Shown here: positions 38,411 to 51,649 of the stretch, one piece after another
How the letters are laid out: each line of letters begins with the position of its first letter
How positions within the stretch are numbered: the stretch's first letter is position 1
Assembly: GCF_018977255.1 (NCBI RefSeq)
Contig: NW_024704743.1
Coordinates: 108,812,001-108,876,000 of the forward strand
Origin: Callorhinchus milii
Lineage: Eukaryota
Length of the DNA: 64,000 bases
Reading direction: 5' to 3'
The notes under the pieces: generated by a model
Told to the model about the DNA's origin: nothing
Seen by the model: only the letters and a program-made list of their open reading frames with translations
The model's database searches: none
Translations under genes and position numbers: made by a program

Positions 38411-39832
38411 AGCCAGATGGGGAGATCCAGGTGTTCCATGCAAGTCTTCAGTCACAGGACCAAGCAGACGTAAAGTCCTTAGCTGATAATAGGAAATATA
38501 AATCATCAGGGGTTCCAGCTCAGCTCACACATGTGTGTTAACTCAGAGGGGAGCATGGCATATCGATTACTATAATGAAAGTCTACTCATTAGTTTTTAT
38601 ATTTATAATCTCCCCTCTTCTCATCCCCACTGCCCATTTCAAGTGATACCAAGAATACTGTATGAAACCACCACTTGCACTCTTCCCTCTTGAAACTGAG
38701 CATGGGCTACATAGGATTTATTACATAGGAACCTATGTAATAAATATTTGCTATATTATTCATTGAATAGAATAAGCTAGACTAGACTCTGGGTTTTAAA
38801 ATAATCATTGTATGCCACACTTATCTGTGCTTGTAGTCTTCTAACAATCCAGTTAACTTATCACCGTATTTAGAACCAAGCTCACTTTAGTATTTCACGA
38901 CTTGATAGCTACAGAAATCCTTAATGATAATAAAAGGAAGTGTTCTATGCAACATGAATTGTTTGATATTTATATCACAGAACATTATTAATACTAAGAA
39001 CACTTGCATCTGATACAGTACCTTGCACAACAGGAGTTTGTCTTATGGCTTCACGGGATTTACTGTAATGTGTAGTGACTGTATTTTGTTGATAAATGAG
39101 GCAGCTAATTGTGCACATAGCAATGTCCTACAAACAGCCAGGAAGTGAATGACCACTTTTAACTGGGGGATTGTTGGCCAGCCAAGTTATGCCATTCCAG
39201 AGCATGAATTCTAGACTAAGTTGTTAAAAGTAATATTTCTGGTCCAACATGCTATGATGCTTGTAATTAAGAAGGAAAACCTTAATCACACCTTTAAACT
39301 ATTGGCCAACCAAAAGTTTTAGAAGATACTAAATTGACTTGTTCAATCGTACATTATATGGCACCTTTTTACTTCAACTGCTCTGTATGGTCACTGCACT
39401 TGTTAACTGCATGCTTGTCTAAAAGGATCCTCATATTCTACATTATTCTGAGTGAATATTAGATGTACCAAGAAATTACCCTCTTAACAAAGATTGTCTG
39501 CAGAAACATTTATAATGAACATATCAGCAATGTACCATACATGCAGACAGAGTCAGTGGACATGACAGTGGATTATACTTACTCTCTATAATCAGTTTAA
39601 AAACACAATTACAGAGTCACAATATTCAATGAACATTTACAATGGCAGAAAGTGAACCTAGAACTAAATACAGTAGATTCTTGGTTAAATATAGTAAGGG
39701 ATTATTTTTAAAACTTAAATTCTACAGCAATATTTGTGGTTTCCAGGTATTATATCAAGTAACTGTACATTGGAGATATTATTATCTTCAGTCAAACAAT
39801 TGAGGAATGAGAAAAAAAATCTCCGGCGTTAG

Positions 39833-40142
39833 TTTTTTTTGGTCAGCTGGGTGTCTGACAATACAGAAGCCCATCGCCATGGTATCCAAGAATATCTAAA
39901 CCAGACTGAGAGTTCCACGTTTACATGGAAATTTCCCTTGACTGCAATGAAACATGGACTTTGTTCCCAAAAGGACCCACTATTATCTAATTCCAAGAAG
40001 CATTAGCAGCAGGTTGGCAAGACCTGGCCAGGCCTGGGGACCCCAGAGTATGCATTTGGATATTGCTAGGATTTAACCAGGTAAATCTACAGAGCTTTCC
40101 ATCTGTGAACACTTGTTAGCAAGCTTGGCTAAGATCACCCTA
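39833..40142 (-). mobile_element. Unclassified retroposon family copy
   Basis: Forward ttttttggtcagctgggtgtctgac is the reverse complement of the family 3' end. Confidence 0.75.
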
Positions 40143-40569
40143 TACAATTCAATGTATATGAACTGACTCGTATTTTTCTAAGTCATGAATTGAGTCCAGC
40201 ATTGCAGTGTTCGCATTCATTTTAATTATCGTTTCAAACACTGCTGGCAAATAAAATGACGTTTACTTTAGGGCTGGTGAATACAATGTAATTATAAAAT
40301 TATTGTTCTCAGTAAAGAAAATTACATTGCTCCCATATACCCCTCCTATGAACTATAATGTTAATAATTTTGCAATTGGAATAGTGACAGCAAACTTGTT
40401 TTATGGTGGCCTTAGTACCATAGCTTACCGATTCATTATAACATGTAGTAATATCAACGTACCAGCATTCGGGATTCAAATATCAAAACAATCTGAGGTG
40501 ATGACAGCACACGGGTTTAGCAGTAACCCAGCTTTTGTTAACATAGTAGGGAATATTACTACAGGTACT

Positions 40570-40870
40570 TAAGATTTATAAAAATAAATAATCAAAGTTT
40601 TCACAGGATTTATTGCAAAGTTTAATGAATGTGTGCATATTGTCAATGAACGCCACAGCCAATTTACCCACAACAATGTCCCACAAACAGCTATGAAGTG
40701 AATGACCAATTTTATCTGGGCTATTGATGGCCAGGACAACCAAACAAAACTCACTTCTCTTTTTGAACAATGCCATGGGATCTTTAACGTCCATTTGAAC
40801 AGACAGACAGGATCTCAGTTTCCACGTCTCATCCGAAGGACGTCAACTCCAACAATGCATCACACTGCCA
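40570..40870 (-). mobile_element. Deu-domain SINE fragment
   Basis: Reverse complement cttcggatgagacgtggaaactgagatcctgtctg...ggacgttaaagatcccatggca. Confidence 0.85.
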
Positions 40871-42254
40871 GCGATGTATTATTAGATAGTTCCATGCATT
40901 TATTTAATTTCCATTTAAATTTAGAATCCACTTATAAATAGCAAAGCAGATTTAACATCTCTGAGTATTTAGCTGTTTGTAAAGATCTGAGGCATGATTG
41001 TCTTACTCCCGGCAAACTTACTTACCAAACGCTATAAAAGGGAAAATCTCTTTATATGATGATGTGGCACAATTACAACATGCTATAATAGGAACATTTT
41101 TCAAAACAACACAGGCCAGGCCAATTGCAGAATCACCTCGTTGGCACCCAAAGTGTTAAAATGTGTCCTTTTCAAGTGTTTCCAACTGTTAAATAGTTAC
41201 TTTAAATGTTATTATTTTTAATTTCACTTATGAGAGCTGTTCAAACGTATTTGGAAATCAACTTATCCCACCTCCCTTCAGATCAGTGAAAAAGACAGCA
41301 CCCAAAAGTGACATCTAGAGTTGCACTCGTTGTTTCACTGACGCGCTGTAAAATGAGCTTAGGCGATAAATCTTCAGGGCAAAACAAACAAAAACGTCTG
41401 CTCAGCCCAAGTGCAGTCAAAATAATGAACGGTCCTATTGAGTAACGAAAGTGCTTCTTTGCTTCAAATGCATCTGAATGTCAAGAAGGTAATACCACGT
41501 CTTTCCATTGTCACTGGAGTGTGTCATACTACAATACGTTATGACAGGAACATTTTCCAAACCAACACATAATACTGCAACATCGAGTTTTAGAGATTGT
41601 ATGAAACTCACAAGCTGCTACATTTCAAAGTCCTCTAAAATGTAACTGTTCTCTGCGAATGGCAGAGTTAAGGTTGAAACGGTTATCGGGATACGCAGAA
41701 TACGCGAATGTATGCATACAACCCATTATCATTGTAAAAGTTAGTAAGGCTCCAGTCTCAAGGTTATTATTCTGATGTTCCATCGGTTCAGAAGTAAAAT
41801 TGGCTTCAGTAATCAATCTAAGTTTTAAAATTATGATAACTTCCCAGGTGGCAGTCAATTCTATGACTATTTTCAGATTATTTACACAAAAATAAGAAAG
41901 ATCTGGGGTTATCCTACACTGACTGCTAAAATAGTAATCCTTTTACTACTTTCCTAGTATAAAAGTATTAGGAACAGGTTGGCAAGAGCTAAGGTTTGTG
42001 GATACCAGAATGGTGGTGGAGTACTGCTAGAATATACCCATCTAAATCTGCGTAGATTGCCATTGTAAACACTGTCTGACAGCTTTCCCTCTGCCTGTCC
42101 ACCTGGGACCGCCCACCAAACTGACCAAACAAAATCTCCTTTGAAGTTGGGAGGACATCTCAAAACGTTTTGCACTGCTGACTGAGAATCTGAGCCAGAG
42201 AAGGGTGAATGGGAGCAATATAACAAGATACTGTATAAAAAGGACAGATTATCT

Positions 42255-42720
42255 CTGAGTTGTACACTGCTAGAAATGTCGAGGTATCAAAACACCATTT
42301 CAAGAAGCCGAAAGCTTGTGGTGCAGTGGTCCATGTTGTTTTAAATCAAACTTGATCGCAAATTCCTGGATCTTGAAACAGAGTCAACAGCCAGAACCTC
42401 ATGCCATGTTTCGGTAAGAGGTGTGAGCAAATGGTGCAATACTGAGGAGAGAACTTACCAGTTGGCATCCTATGTTCTCATTCCTGTGGAATTGCCCAGA
42501 ATTCATCGAAATACACAAAATATAGGATCTTCAGAACTTGGCTACTATATTAGTAATCCTATGCTTGGAATTACACCATGGGCCAACTGCACACTTACTG
42601 ACTGGGAATCTTTCTTATTGCAGTAAATGGCTTTTTCCTCAGAAGACATTTTAAGGCACATATGTGTGGAGTCTATCACACCCAAGACATTAGGAAACCC
42701 TGTGACTAGTTTGTCTGCTG
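42255..42720 (-). mobile_element. PIF/Harbinger (HARBI1-like) DDE transposase fossil
   Basis: In order across frameshifts: GFPNVLGVIDSTHMCLK, YCNKKDSQSVSVQ, RITNIVAKF*RS, WLLTLFQDP, QAFGFLKWCF.YLDIS. These match Harbinger motifs G.IDCTH, NRKG.HS.NVQ, TNVVA.WPGS, WLLTP and E.AFG.LK.RFRCL. Confidence 0.85.
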
Positions 42721-43448
42721 TTGCCACAATGTTCAAGGAAAAATACAGAATGAAATTGGTAAAAAGTTGCCAAAGTATGTAAATTATAAGTATCTCAATG
42801 GAAGCTTCAGTTACAGATGAGAAAAGGTCATTGGCCTGTTCAGGCTCATACTCAAGCAAGCTAATATACCTTTCTATCGTGGCATTTCAATAGTATTTTG
42901 AACAATCACAATGTTTTTGCCTCAGTTATTTTGCTCGGTAGATTATTTCAAACATTTATAACATTTAGAGGTCATTCTTAATTCAATTTCAGAAGAATTT
43001 CAAGAATACAATTAGGGTGAGGTTAGACTGATATCTGTAGATGGAAAAATCCTGTAGTCTATCAGGAAGAAGCAATTCAAGCAAATTTAATAAGCATAAG
43101 GGCAATCATTTCAAGATAACATGGATTTATGAATAGGCAGGTCATTACCAAATACATTCATTAGAGATCTTTGAGAATGTAACAATTGGTGAATAACAGT
43201 AATGCAGATGATGTGCTTATAGATGCCATGTAGACTGTATTTCAGAAATATTTGTACGTTGATATGATTTCCAGGGCATAGGTTTAAGAGAGTGGACTCA
43301 TTTGTCAATTTGTATTTTGCTTACATTAATTTTGGACAAAATTACTTATTTTATTGTGCCATATTCTGCCACTCATGTCACATAATATTTTGTTAGAATT
43401 ACCATTTGTAGCAAAGCAGTATTTAATTCCTTGTTAAATATTGTATAG

Positions 43449-43806
43449 AGTCCTGTAGCTCAGTGGTTAGAGCACTCGCCTCACAAGCGAGAGACCTGGG
43501 TTCAATTCCCGGCAGGGCGAAACGTTGGGCAAGTTTCCTTGCTCCACATGCCTCTGTTTACCTAGCAGTAAGTAGGAACCCAGTTGTTAATCGATTGGTG
43601 GATCGCTTTTCAGGGAGTAATAATTCCTTCAAAAAAAAATTGATCACTTCAATCCACTACTGTTTGTGGGACACTGCTGTGCACAATTGGCTGCCACATT
43701 TTGTGCACAAAATTTACAGTCAATTCACTTTACAGTATAATCTGTGAAGCGCTTTGAGACATCTTGAAAATTTGATAAGGGGCTTATCAAATGCAAGGAT
43801 TATTGT
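43449..43806 (+). mobile_element. Full-length tRNA-Ala/CORE-like SINE, long form
   Basis: A box tagctcagtgg, B box ggttcaattcc, CORE-like gggcaagtttcctt.ctccaca.gcctctgttt and L2-type tail. Confidence 0.93.
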
Positions 43807-44756
43807 TATATCAGCATAGATCAGCAGGTAGCACCTTGCCTCCGAGTGAGAAGGTTGTGGGTTGAAACTTCACTGGAAAGAGCTTTGAGACATCCTCCCG
43901 ATGTGAAAGACACTATCAAATGTAAGGATTTTTTACTATCATTATTTTATTATTATTATTGCTCAACTGTTAGACTAGGCATTCAGATAGAAATTAGAAG
44001 TGAAGATATTATAAGGCATTTTTATTCAATTCAAATTTGAGCAAAGTAATAAGAGTCTCTTCTCTCATAATGTATTTGCTCATTTTAATGCTAAGCAGCA
44101 CTAATTGTAAGCACGGCTTTGTTCTGTGGCTTGAGATGCACAATTAAAAGGCCTACAACCCATCTGCTTAGCCTGAACATAGGCCTATATCCCAGAAGTG
44201 AAAGGACGTTGTTCCGACATGCAAAGCCACTTGGCCCTTTCTGACACCATGTAAACATCTGACCTAAGACCTGCCTTTGAAGTCCACCTCTGGTAATTTG
44301 GCAGCAGTAGATACCAGAAGGAAACAAGTTAGAAATATTGTATGTCAGTGCTATTTGATTCTTCAGTCTTGGTGCTGTGCATTGCAAAATTCAGCATTCA
44401 ATCATGTGAAGCAACTCCATAGCTATGTAAGTGATGTTTTAGGATTCAAACCACTTTAGTATTGGCCTCTTAAGCACTCTGAGACTCTACCCTGCGTGGA
44501 GAGTGCTATACAAGTGCAAGTTGTCGTTGTTGTATTGGGACTTGAGCTCATTGTCCAGTCTGATCAATTCAACCTTAATTTTTGGCTGGGAAGAACACAG
44601 ACGTCTCGCCACCCCAGGAGATCAGCCTAAGAAAATAAATATTAAGACCAAACAAAAATCTTACAAGATGCTCCAGGGTCTGTGATTTACAATATGGACT
44701 TACCTCACTTCAGCAATGTCAAAGATGGTGACAATCAGGTGTGAATTGACCTGGTG

Positions 44757-44775
44757 TGCAGCCACCTAGTGGTTG
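44757..44775 (-). promoter_or_regulatory. CTCF motif
   Basis: Reverse complement caaCCACTAGGTGGCtgca matches core CCACYAGRKGGC. Confidence 0.5.
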
Positions 44776-47700
44776 TGTAAAGAAACGCAAGCAATACTTC
44801 AAAAATAATTCTCTTTATCCCCAGGTATTAAATAATACATTACCACATGGTACATCAGGCCATAAATTTAAATAATTGTTGCCTATTAAGATCATTTTGT
44901 CTTAAAATGTAAGATCACACGGAATTAAGCAAAAAATTTTACATCCTGTTTTAGTTGAGAAGTCGGAATTCCACAAGTTCTTAAAAACTTCCAAATCAAC
45001 ATTGAATTTAAGATTTTTTCACAATCCTGCACCGTTTCACATTTATGTCTCAAAGGCTAAGATTAAGTGGATTTTGGGGCTTGTGCAATATTGCAACATT
45101 TTACTCCAGTATTTGAAATGTTATTTTTTGTACTGGAAAACCAATAAATATTAAATCCCAACCTTTTAAAGCCTAGATTTCCCTTTCGTTATGATTGTGT
45201 TTTGTTGCAGCTTCCAATTAATATTTATTAAATCATTTTATTTTCAATTTATAAAATTGTAGCAACACAAGGAGGATGGATCAGTAGCAAATTGATTTAG
45301 TTCCAATGAAGAGACACGACACACCGTAGATGTTAGCATGACTTTCCCTCTCAGCTGACGACCTTCCTTCCACACATTTCTCTTTCAATTTTTGGCAAGT
45401 GCTTTTTCTTTTTTGTCTCCTTTTCTTCATTGTGATTGTGGGGAACACTTCTACTATTCAATGCATTGACCACAGCTCAGCCAATATACCAGTTATTTGA
45501 TGCAGCATTACTGAGGAAGCAGAAGGTGTTGATGAGGCAGCAGGTGTGTGTGGTGTAAAGACCCTTCTAAAGCAACCTTCATACATTTTTTAAATAAATT
45601 TGTATTTCACTGTTCTTGTTTGACTTACTAAAGTGCTTAACTATTAAAGGAAGTGTTTGTACTGCCTGATTATAGCACCACATGGAATGCCATCAGTCCT
45701 TTGTGCTCAAAGAGCCAATCTATTTATTTTACTATTGGATGACATCTGGTCAGTTTCCTTTCCCTGCCAATTCCATGGCATCAACAGGTGCACAGACTTT
45801 GTTGCTGACAAACAAAGTGAAAGCAGGAAGAGTCTTCTGCTATAAATTGCAATAATAATAATAATACTTGCATTTGATATACCTAAGCAGGTCATCAGTA
45901 CCTCTGCACATTACCAGTAAACTTCGCAGAAGGGATCAATTTCAAGATTCTCACACTTATACAAATCAAATCATGCCCTAGCACCTCCCTACCTCTCCAA
46001 CTTGCTTACACCCCACTCCTCTACCCTTCTCTCCTTGCTTAGCTTCATATCATATCTGAAGATCTTCCTCTTTGACTGTGCTATGGTAACCTCACCTCTC
46101 TCCCGGCTCAGCTTCAAGCTCTGCCACTGTTAAGCACTCTGAGACATTACCCACGTGAAGGGTGCTATATAAATCAAGTTCTTATAATCATTTCTTATAA
46201 TCCTAAATTGCATCCCTGAAGCCCTATTTCCTAGTCATGTGAAGCAATGCTACAAACATAGAAAACAACAGTGTTTGATCTCCATCTTTCTCCCCCTGTT
46301 TCTCCGCCTGTTTTTGAATTAAAAACATTTAAAAACTGCTGGAATTTTAGATTGCAGGTAGGAGGGGATATCTGGGATCTGAAATTCCACCAGCTTTTCA
46401 AATGATTTTAAGAACAATCGGCTTCAAAATTTAGACTGAATTGTCCACAATTTTGTGCGATCGTACATTTCAAGACAAATATTAAGGTCTGATAAACTAG
46501 GACTAGGTGTAATTTCAGGCCTCAATAAGCCAAACTATCTTGGAAAATATTCTCTGATGATATCGTCATCATATCTGGTGATATACTCCATCAGCACTAA
46601 CAGTAAATATATAGGATTACTTACTGCATCCCATGTAGAAACTAATTTATGGATGGCTGGTTTGACGACTTCTCCTGACTCCCATTGGGAGAAGCAGGTG
46701 GAATTTATTGAGCACCTCCCTGTAATGACAAGACTGAGGCAGTGAACTCACAGCCTGAGGAAATCACAGCCACAAACCCATTCCAATCAATTGTGCCTCC
46801 ACATTATCCAGTCCTCTGGTCTGTCTGTAGAAGCTTTGTTTAATCCCAATTATAGTCATTCCTGCTCTAATTTTTAGATTATATCCCTCGCTTTTAGATC
46901 CCTTGACCAGAAAAAAGTGTCGTCCACAATTTAACATGAAGCGACTATTACAACAATTTGTATTTATATAGCGTCCTTCACGTGGGGTGGGTTGCGGGGC
47001 ACTTAACAAAGGCAAAGCTTGATGCTGAGATGGGGAGAAAGGGGAAGTAACCATAGGCATGGTAGAAGAGGAAGGTCATCAGCTGCAATCTGGAAGACGA
47101 GCAAAGAGACAAATTCTGAGTTAGAATTCTAGCACACTGCCTCTCCATCCTATTTCCACAACTGTGGTAGCTCCAGGAGTGAGTACATTCTGGCTCGGCT
47201 GAGTAAGAGCAGCAAACAACACCAGTATCATTTTCAGTACAACACAAAATCTCTGTCACCTATTCCTGGCAGGTCGGAAGATATCAGACAAGTCAGTTTA
47301 AAATAGTTTTTTTTTAATCTTGGAAGAAAATATCAGCAGCATCTGTGCTGTGGTGAGCAGGATCATTTGTTTCACGACGCACTAACAGCATTCCAGAGCC
47401 CAGATGCAAACGTGCGGTGGAGATTGATGTTAATGAGGTACTGGATACTAATGCAGCGTTGCAAAACTGTACTTTAAGCCACCAAATTAGAGTAAGTAAA
47501 ACGGTGCCTTGAGGCAGGAGAGCATCAGAACCCACACTGACATATGTATTAAAAATAGAGCCCTTAATTAACTAATAACGACATAGAGATAAAAGCTGAC
47601 TTGTTATTGTAATGTGTATTACACATTGCATAGTGTCATTACAGACACAGGCACAAACATTTCAATATACTTTTCAGCATGGCTAGTACAATGTATCAAA

Positions 47701-47839
47701 CGTAAAATGACTCATTTAATTTCTAAATGGATTAGAAAACATCTTCATACTGCTCCCTATAGTAATCATGTGAAGAAAACAACAACAATTGACATTCACA
47801 TTGTACCTTTCACATCAGGAGGACATCTCAAAGTGTCCT

Positions 47840-48320
47840 CCCATCATAGCAACAAGCTGCTTTTTAAATGCGTCCAGTGTTCTGGCCTCTACTAACCTTC
47901 CTGGCAATTTATTCCAGTCACTAATTACCCTGCGAGTAAAGAAAAACTTTCTGGTGCCTGTCCTGAAATTGACATTTTGCAACCCTAAACCTATGTCCTC
48001 TTGTTTTATTGTCTTGGAGCATCCTAAAATATTGTTTTTGTTTTACTTTTTCAGTCCCATTTAAAATCTTATACACCTCTATGAGCTCCCTCTAAGACTG
48101 AAGAGCACTAGATTGTCTAATCATAGCTCATTCTTCCAATACTGGGGCTCATCCTCATTGCTCTCCTCTGTACTACCTCTAGAGCCATGGCAACCCCCTT
48201 ATGTTAGGGACCAGAGTTGTATACAGTACTCATGGTGTGGCCTGACCAGAACACTATATTGCCTAAATATGATACCTACGGATTTAAACTCGGCTGATTT
48301 AGAAATGTAGCCCAGCATCC
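47840..48320 (-). mobile_element. CR1 3' fragment (old)
   Basis: Reverse strand TRKFFFTRRVISDWNKLPGRLVEA and LVRPHHEYCIQLWS. Confidence 0.8.
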
Positions 48321-50296
48321 TGTCTTATTCAGGTTAGAAACACTCATTTCAGATGCAGAAAATCTTTCTAATATCTGTTTTGCTCTCCCAAAGTATTTAT
48401 AGTATCTTACATTTAAGTACTCCACTTTTTTTTACTACAAATTCAAAACAGAATAAGCAAAGAGATTTGCAAATAATCACAAACCTCTGTTCTCAATTTC
48501 CCCACCTCCCCTTCCTGACCCCAAACCAAAGCGATGTACGTCTTCAGTGAATGTCACATTAAGTAGCTGAAAACTCCAGTTCTTTTACCAGCACAGAACA
48601 CATGAACAGAAACTTGCAAGTACTGCCAAAAGGTGCTCAGGTGCCCAGACACCTGCCAGCTGTTTGTACCTTGTATTAAAGACATCATGTTCCCAATTTT
48701 CTTCAATAAAAACAAGGAACCTGGCAATTTGTGTTGTCTGCTTCTGGAGAGGGATCACAGTTCAGGTTCAGTCAGTTGGAAACGAATTGGAGAGAGCAGG
48801 CCGATGTTCCCCGTGCAGCTTGCTGTCACAGTTTGACTGACAAACTGACTTTTGAGGTGTTCTTGCCCATTCCAGTCACAGTTTATTGAAGGTGATTTTG
48901 ATCTTCTCTGTGAGGCCACAGCAGTGGCAATGCCATCTGTCACCTTGATTGCATCCGAGATTCTCTGGAGAGAGCACTATGGCTCCTGATCGTTTACAGA
49001 TTGTGCTGCTTTCGCCTCCATAAGGACCACATGCACAGAGCCAGATGGTGAACATACACGCTTATTATGAGTCTTTATCTCCGTGCAGGAAGGATAGGAA
49101 CCATTAGATCTCCCTCAGGAACCCAGCTCCTTTCTAACATCATGCTGTTTCTTAGCAAATACAGACTTATTCAGCTGTCATCACCCTACCTCCAGGATCA
49201 TTCGCAAAAATAAGGCGAGGAGAGAGAGAAAAAAAGAGACAATAACTTTATCTGATGAGTTAAAATTCATACCAGGTATTTCTGATTGTTTGCACACCCA
49301 CTGCTCACAGAATTATTGGCAAACAGAATTGAGGCGGTGTTTGTCGTTTCAGTGCTTTGCTGTATAAAATAAACCAGACTTTGGGGATGAAGCCAGCACT
49401 CCTCACCTTGCAAATAATAACAGTCACTCATTTGGGCCCAGCTGCAAAAATTGAAAAATGTTCTGCTGTTTAAATTCTGTCAGCACCTGCAATTATCCCT
49501 GTTCCATTAGAAGCAGCTTCTGCGTTACACTGGATATTAAATAGCATTGTTCGAATTTCTTCTAATAATGAATAAATAGCCATCCGGCTACTGAAAAGGA
49601 CATGCTTGAGGGTAATCCCTTTTTTATGCATAATTATATGTGAGGAGCTTGAAATTGAAAGAATCTATTTTATTATCCTCCATACAGTTTCCTTAATTCA
49701 AAGCACATTAGCTCAAAATTATAGACATGTGCTGGCCAGCACAAACAACAACAACAAATTGTATTTATATTGTGCCTTTCATTAAAAATTGAGCGAGCAT
49801 CGTCACTGTAATTTCCTTTACCCACGCATGTTGGATATCAACGTGTTATAAATTGCACATGTGGGGAATAATAGATATTGGGATATAGTTCATGCTGCAG
49901 CATTGATAACACGTGCCCATTGTCGGTTCGTTACCGCCACCAACTTAGGCATGTAGCAAGCTTACGTCCTTGCAAAGATTAGTATATTTCACACACGGAG
50001 GCAAGGAAGAAACTAGACAGATGGTCAGGGCTAAATTGCAGACATCGATGGGGTCCCTTGTTAGTTTGGGGCTTGCACGCGCCTGAGTAGTTGCACCATT
50101 CACATGCATATTGGCCAAATACCAAGCTGAGATTGCCTGCACATTACTCCTCATTACCCATTATTCTATACATGCTATAATATACAAACACCACATCAAA
50201 CAGCTAATGATTCTCTGCAAACATTATCTGAATCAGAAATCTGAAATGCAACACTGGAATTAAGTTGTATATTAAGTTGTATGTATTTAGGTTTTA

Positions 50297-50585
50297 GTCT
50301 GGCTTAGTAGGTGGTCAGCAGTCGGTAGAAGGCTGTGGGTTAAAACCCCATGTCAGGGTTTTGAACTCATATAGTCCAGCCTGAAACTTCAATGCAGTGC
50401 TGGTGGAAGCATCGCATTGTTGGAGGTGCTGCCCTTCAAATCAGATAAACCGAGGTCCTACATTTGTAGACAAATACAAATGCAAATACAGGGTCACTCT
50501 ACTTTACAGTAAAATCCTGTGTGCACTTTGAGAGATGTCTTCCTGATGTGAAAGGCGCTATATCAAATGCAAAGATTATTATTAT
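50297..50585 (+). mobile_element. Deu-domain SINE, internally deleted
   Basis: Head and tail align with 23321-23730. Confidence 0.75.
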
Positions 50586-51096
50586 ATCCACAAATTGTAA
50601 TAGTTATTTATGGGGAGGGTGGAGGCATGTTGAGCTGAAAACAACTAATGCCAAGAGATCTATAAATGGCTTATGATCTAATAGTAAATCTCATGATTTT
50701 TCCCTTCTGCTTTCAGTCTTTCACAATTGCTTTCCTTTATTTTATTGTTGTTGTGCTTTGACCTCCCTATTGCTAAATCTTGTATTTCACTTCACATCCT
50801 CCCGTTTTATTCCAAGATGCAATTTGATAATTTAACTTCAAGTTAGAATATGGGTTGACTTCACTCGTCGCTTTGTTGGCTACTAACTGTGGCTGCTCCT
50901 GGTAATAAATAGTAGATAAATGAAAATATCTGAATTGAGCTGTCCATGGGAGGCACTGGTACATGTTGCCAAAGGAAGGGTGGGGGGAAACCAGAAGTTA
51001 AGGCAACTCAGTTGCTCACACACACCTCCTGGGGAAGTGTTAGTAGCAATATGCCTACCTTGGGGACGAAATTTCACATGGTTTTAGACTTTTATG

Positions 51097-51312
51097 ATAA
51101 TAATAATCCTTGCATTTGATATAGCGCTTTTCACGTCTTCTAGACGTCTCAAAGCACTTCACAGAATAGACTGTAAAGTGAATGGACTGTATAATTGTGG
51201 CCGAAACGCGGCAGTCAATTGCGCACAGCAGTGTCCCACAAACAGTCGTGGTTTGAAGTGACCAATTTATTATTGTTTTATTTTTTTGAGAGATTATTAT
51301 CAGGCGTGTGGA
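51097..51312 (-). mobile_element. tRNA-Ala SINE short form, 3' half
   Basis: Reverse complement ccacacgcctgataataatc...(tta)n. Confidence 0.85.
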
Positions 51313-51649
51313 AATGACATTTCAGACCATGCAGAATTTTGGAAAATTATTAAATTCCATCTTAGTTATTTTTAAGAACCACAGAAAACTGGCTGCAAAA
51401 TTAAGATTGAATTTAAGAATTTGTCAATACTTTGCCCGATCTGAAATTTTCAGGCAATGATCTTAGGGTTAAACTAACATCATATGAAATTTTAGGTCTC
51501 TTGTTCAGGTAAATATCAGAAAGTCATATGGGAAAATGTAATACTTTTTAATTTCAAGCAAAGCACACTTGCTGGGTGCAAGTTGGATAAAGAGCAAAGC
51601 TCTACACTGCTTGAGCAATGTGTCTAATCTCAATTGATCCCAGGTGTCC

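Noticed and set aside
42545..42859. Functional domesticated HARBI1 gene
   Set aside because: Multiple stops and frameshifts, and the later catalytic motifs are eroded.
43449..43520. tRNA gene (cloverleaf-like, with A and B boxes)
   Set aside because: It runs directly into a SINE body and tail and recurs many times with decay, so it is a SINE head.
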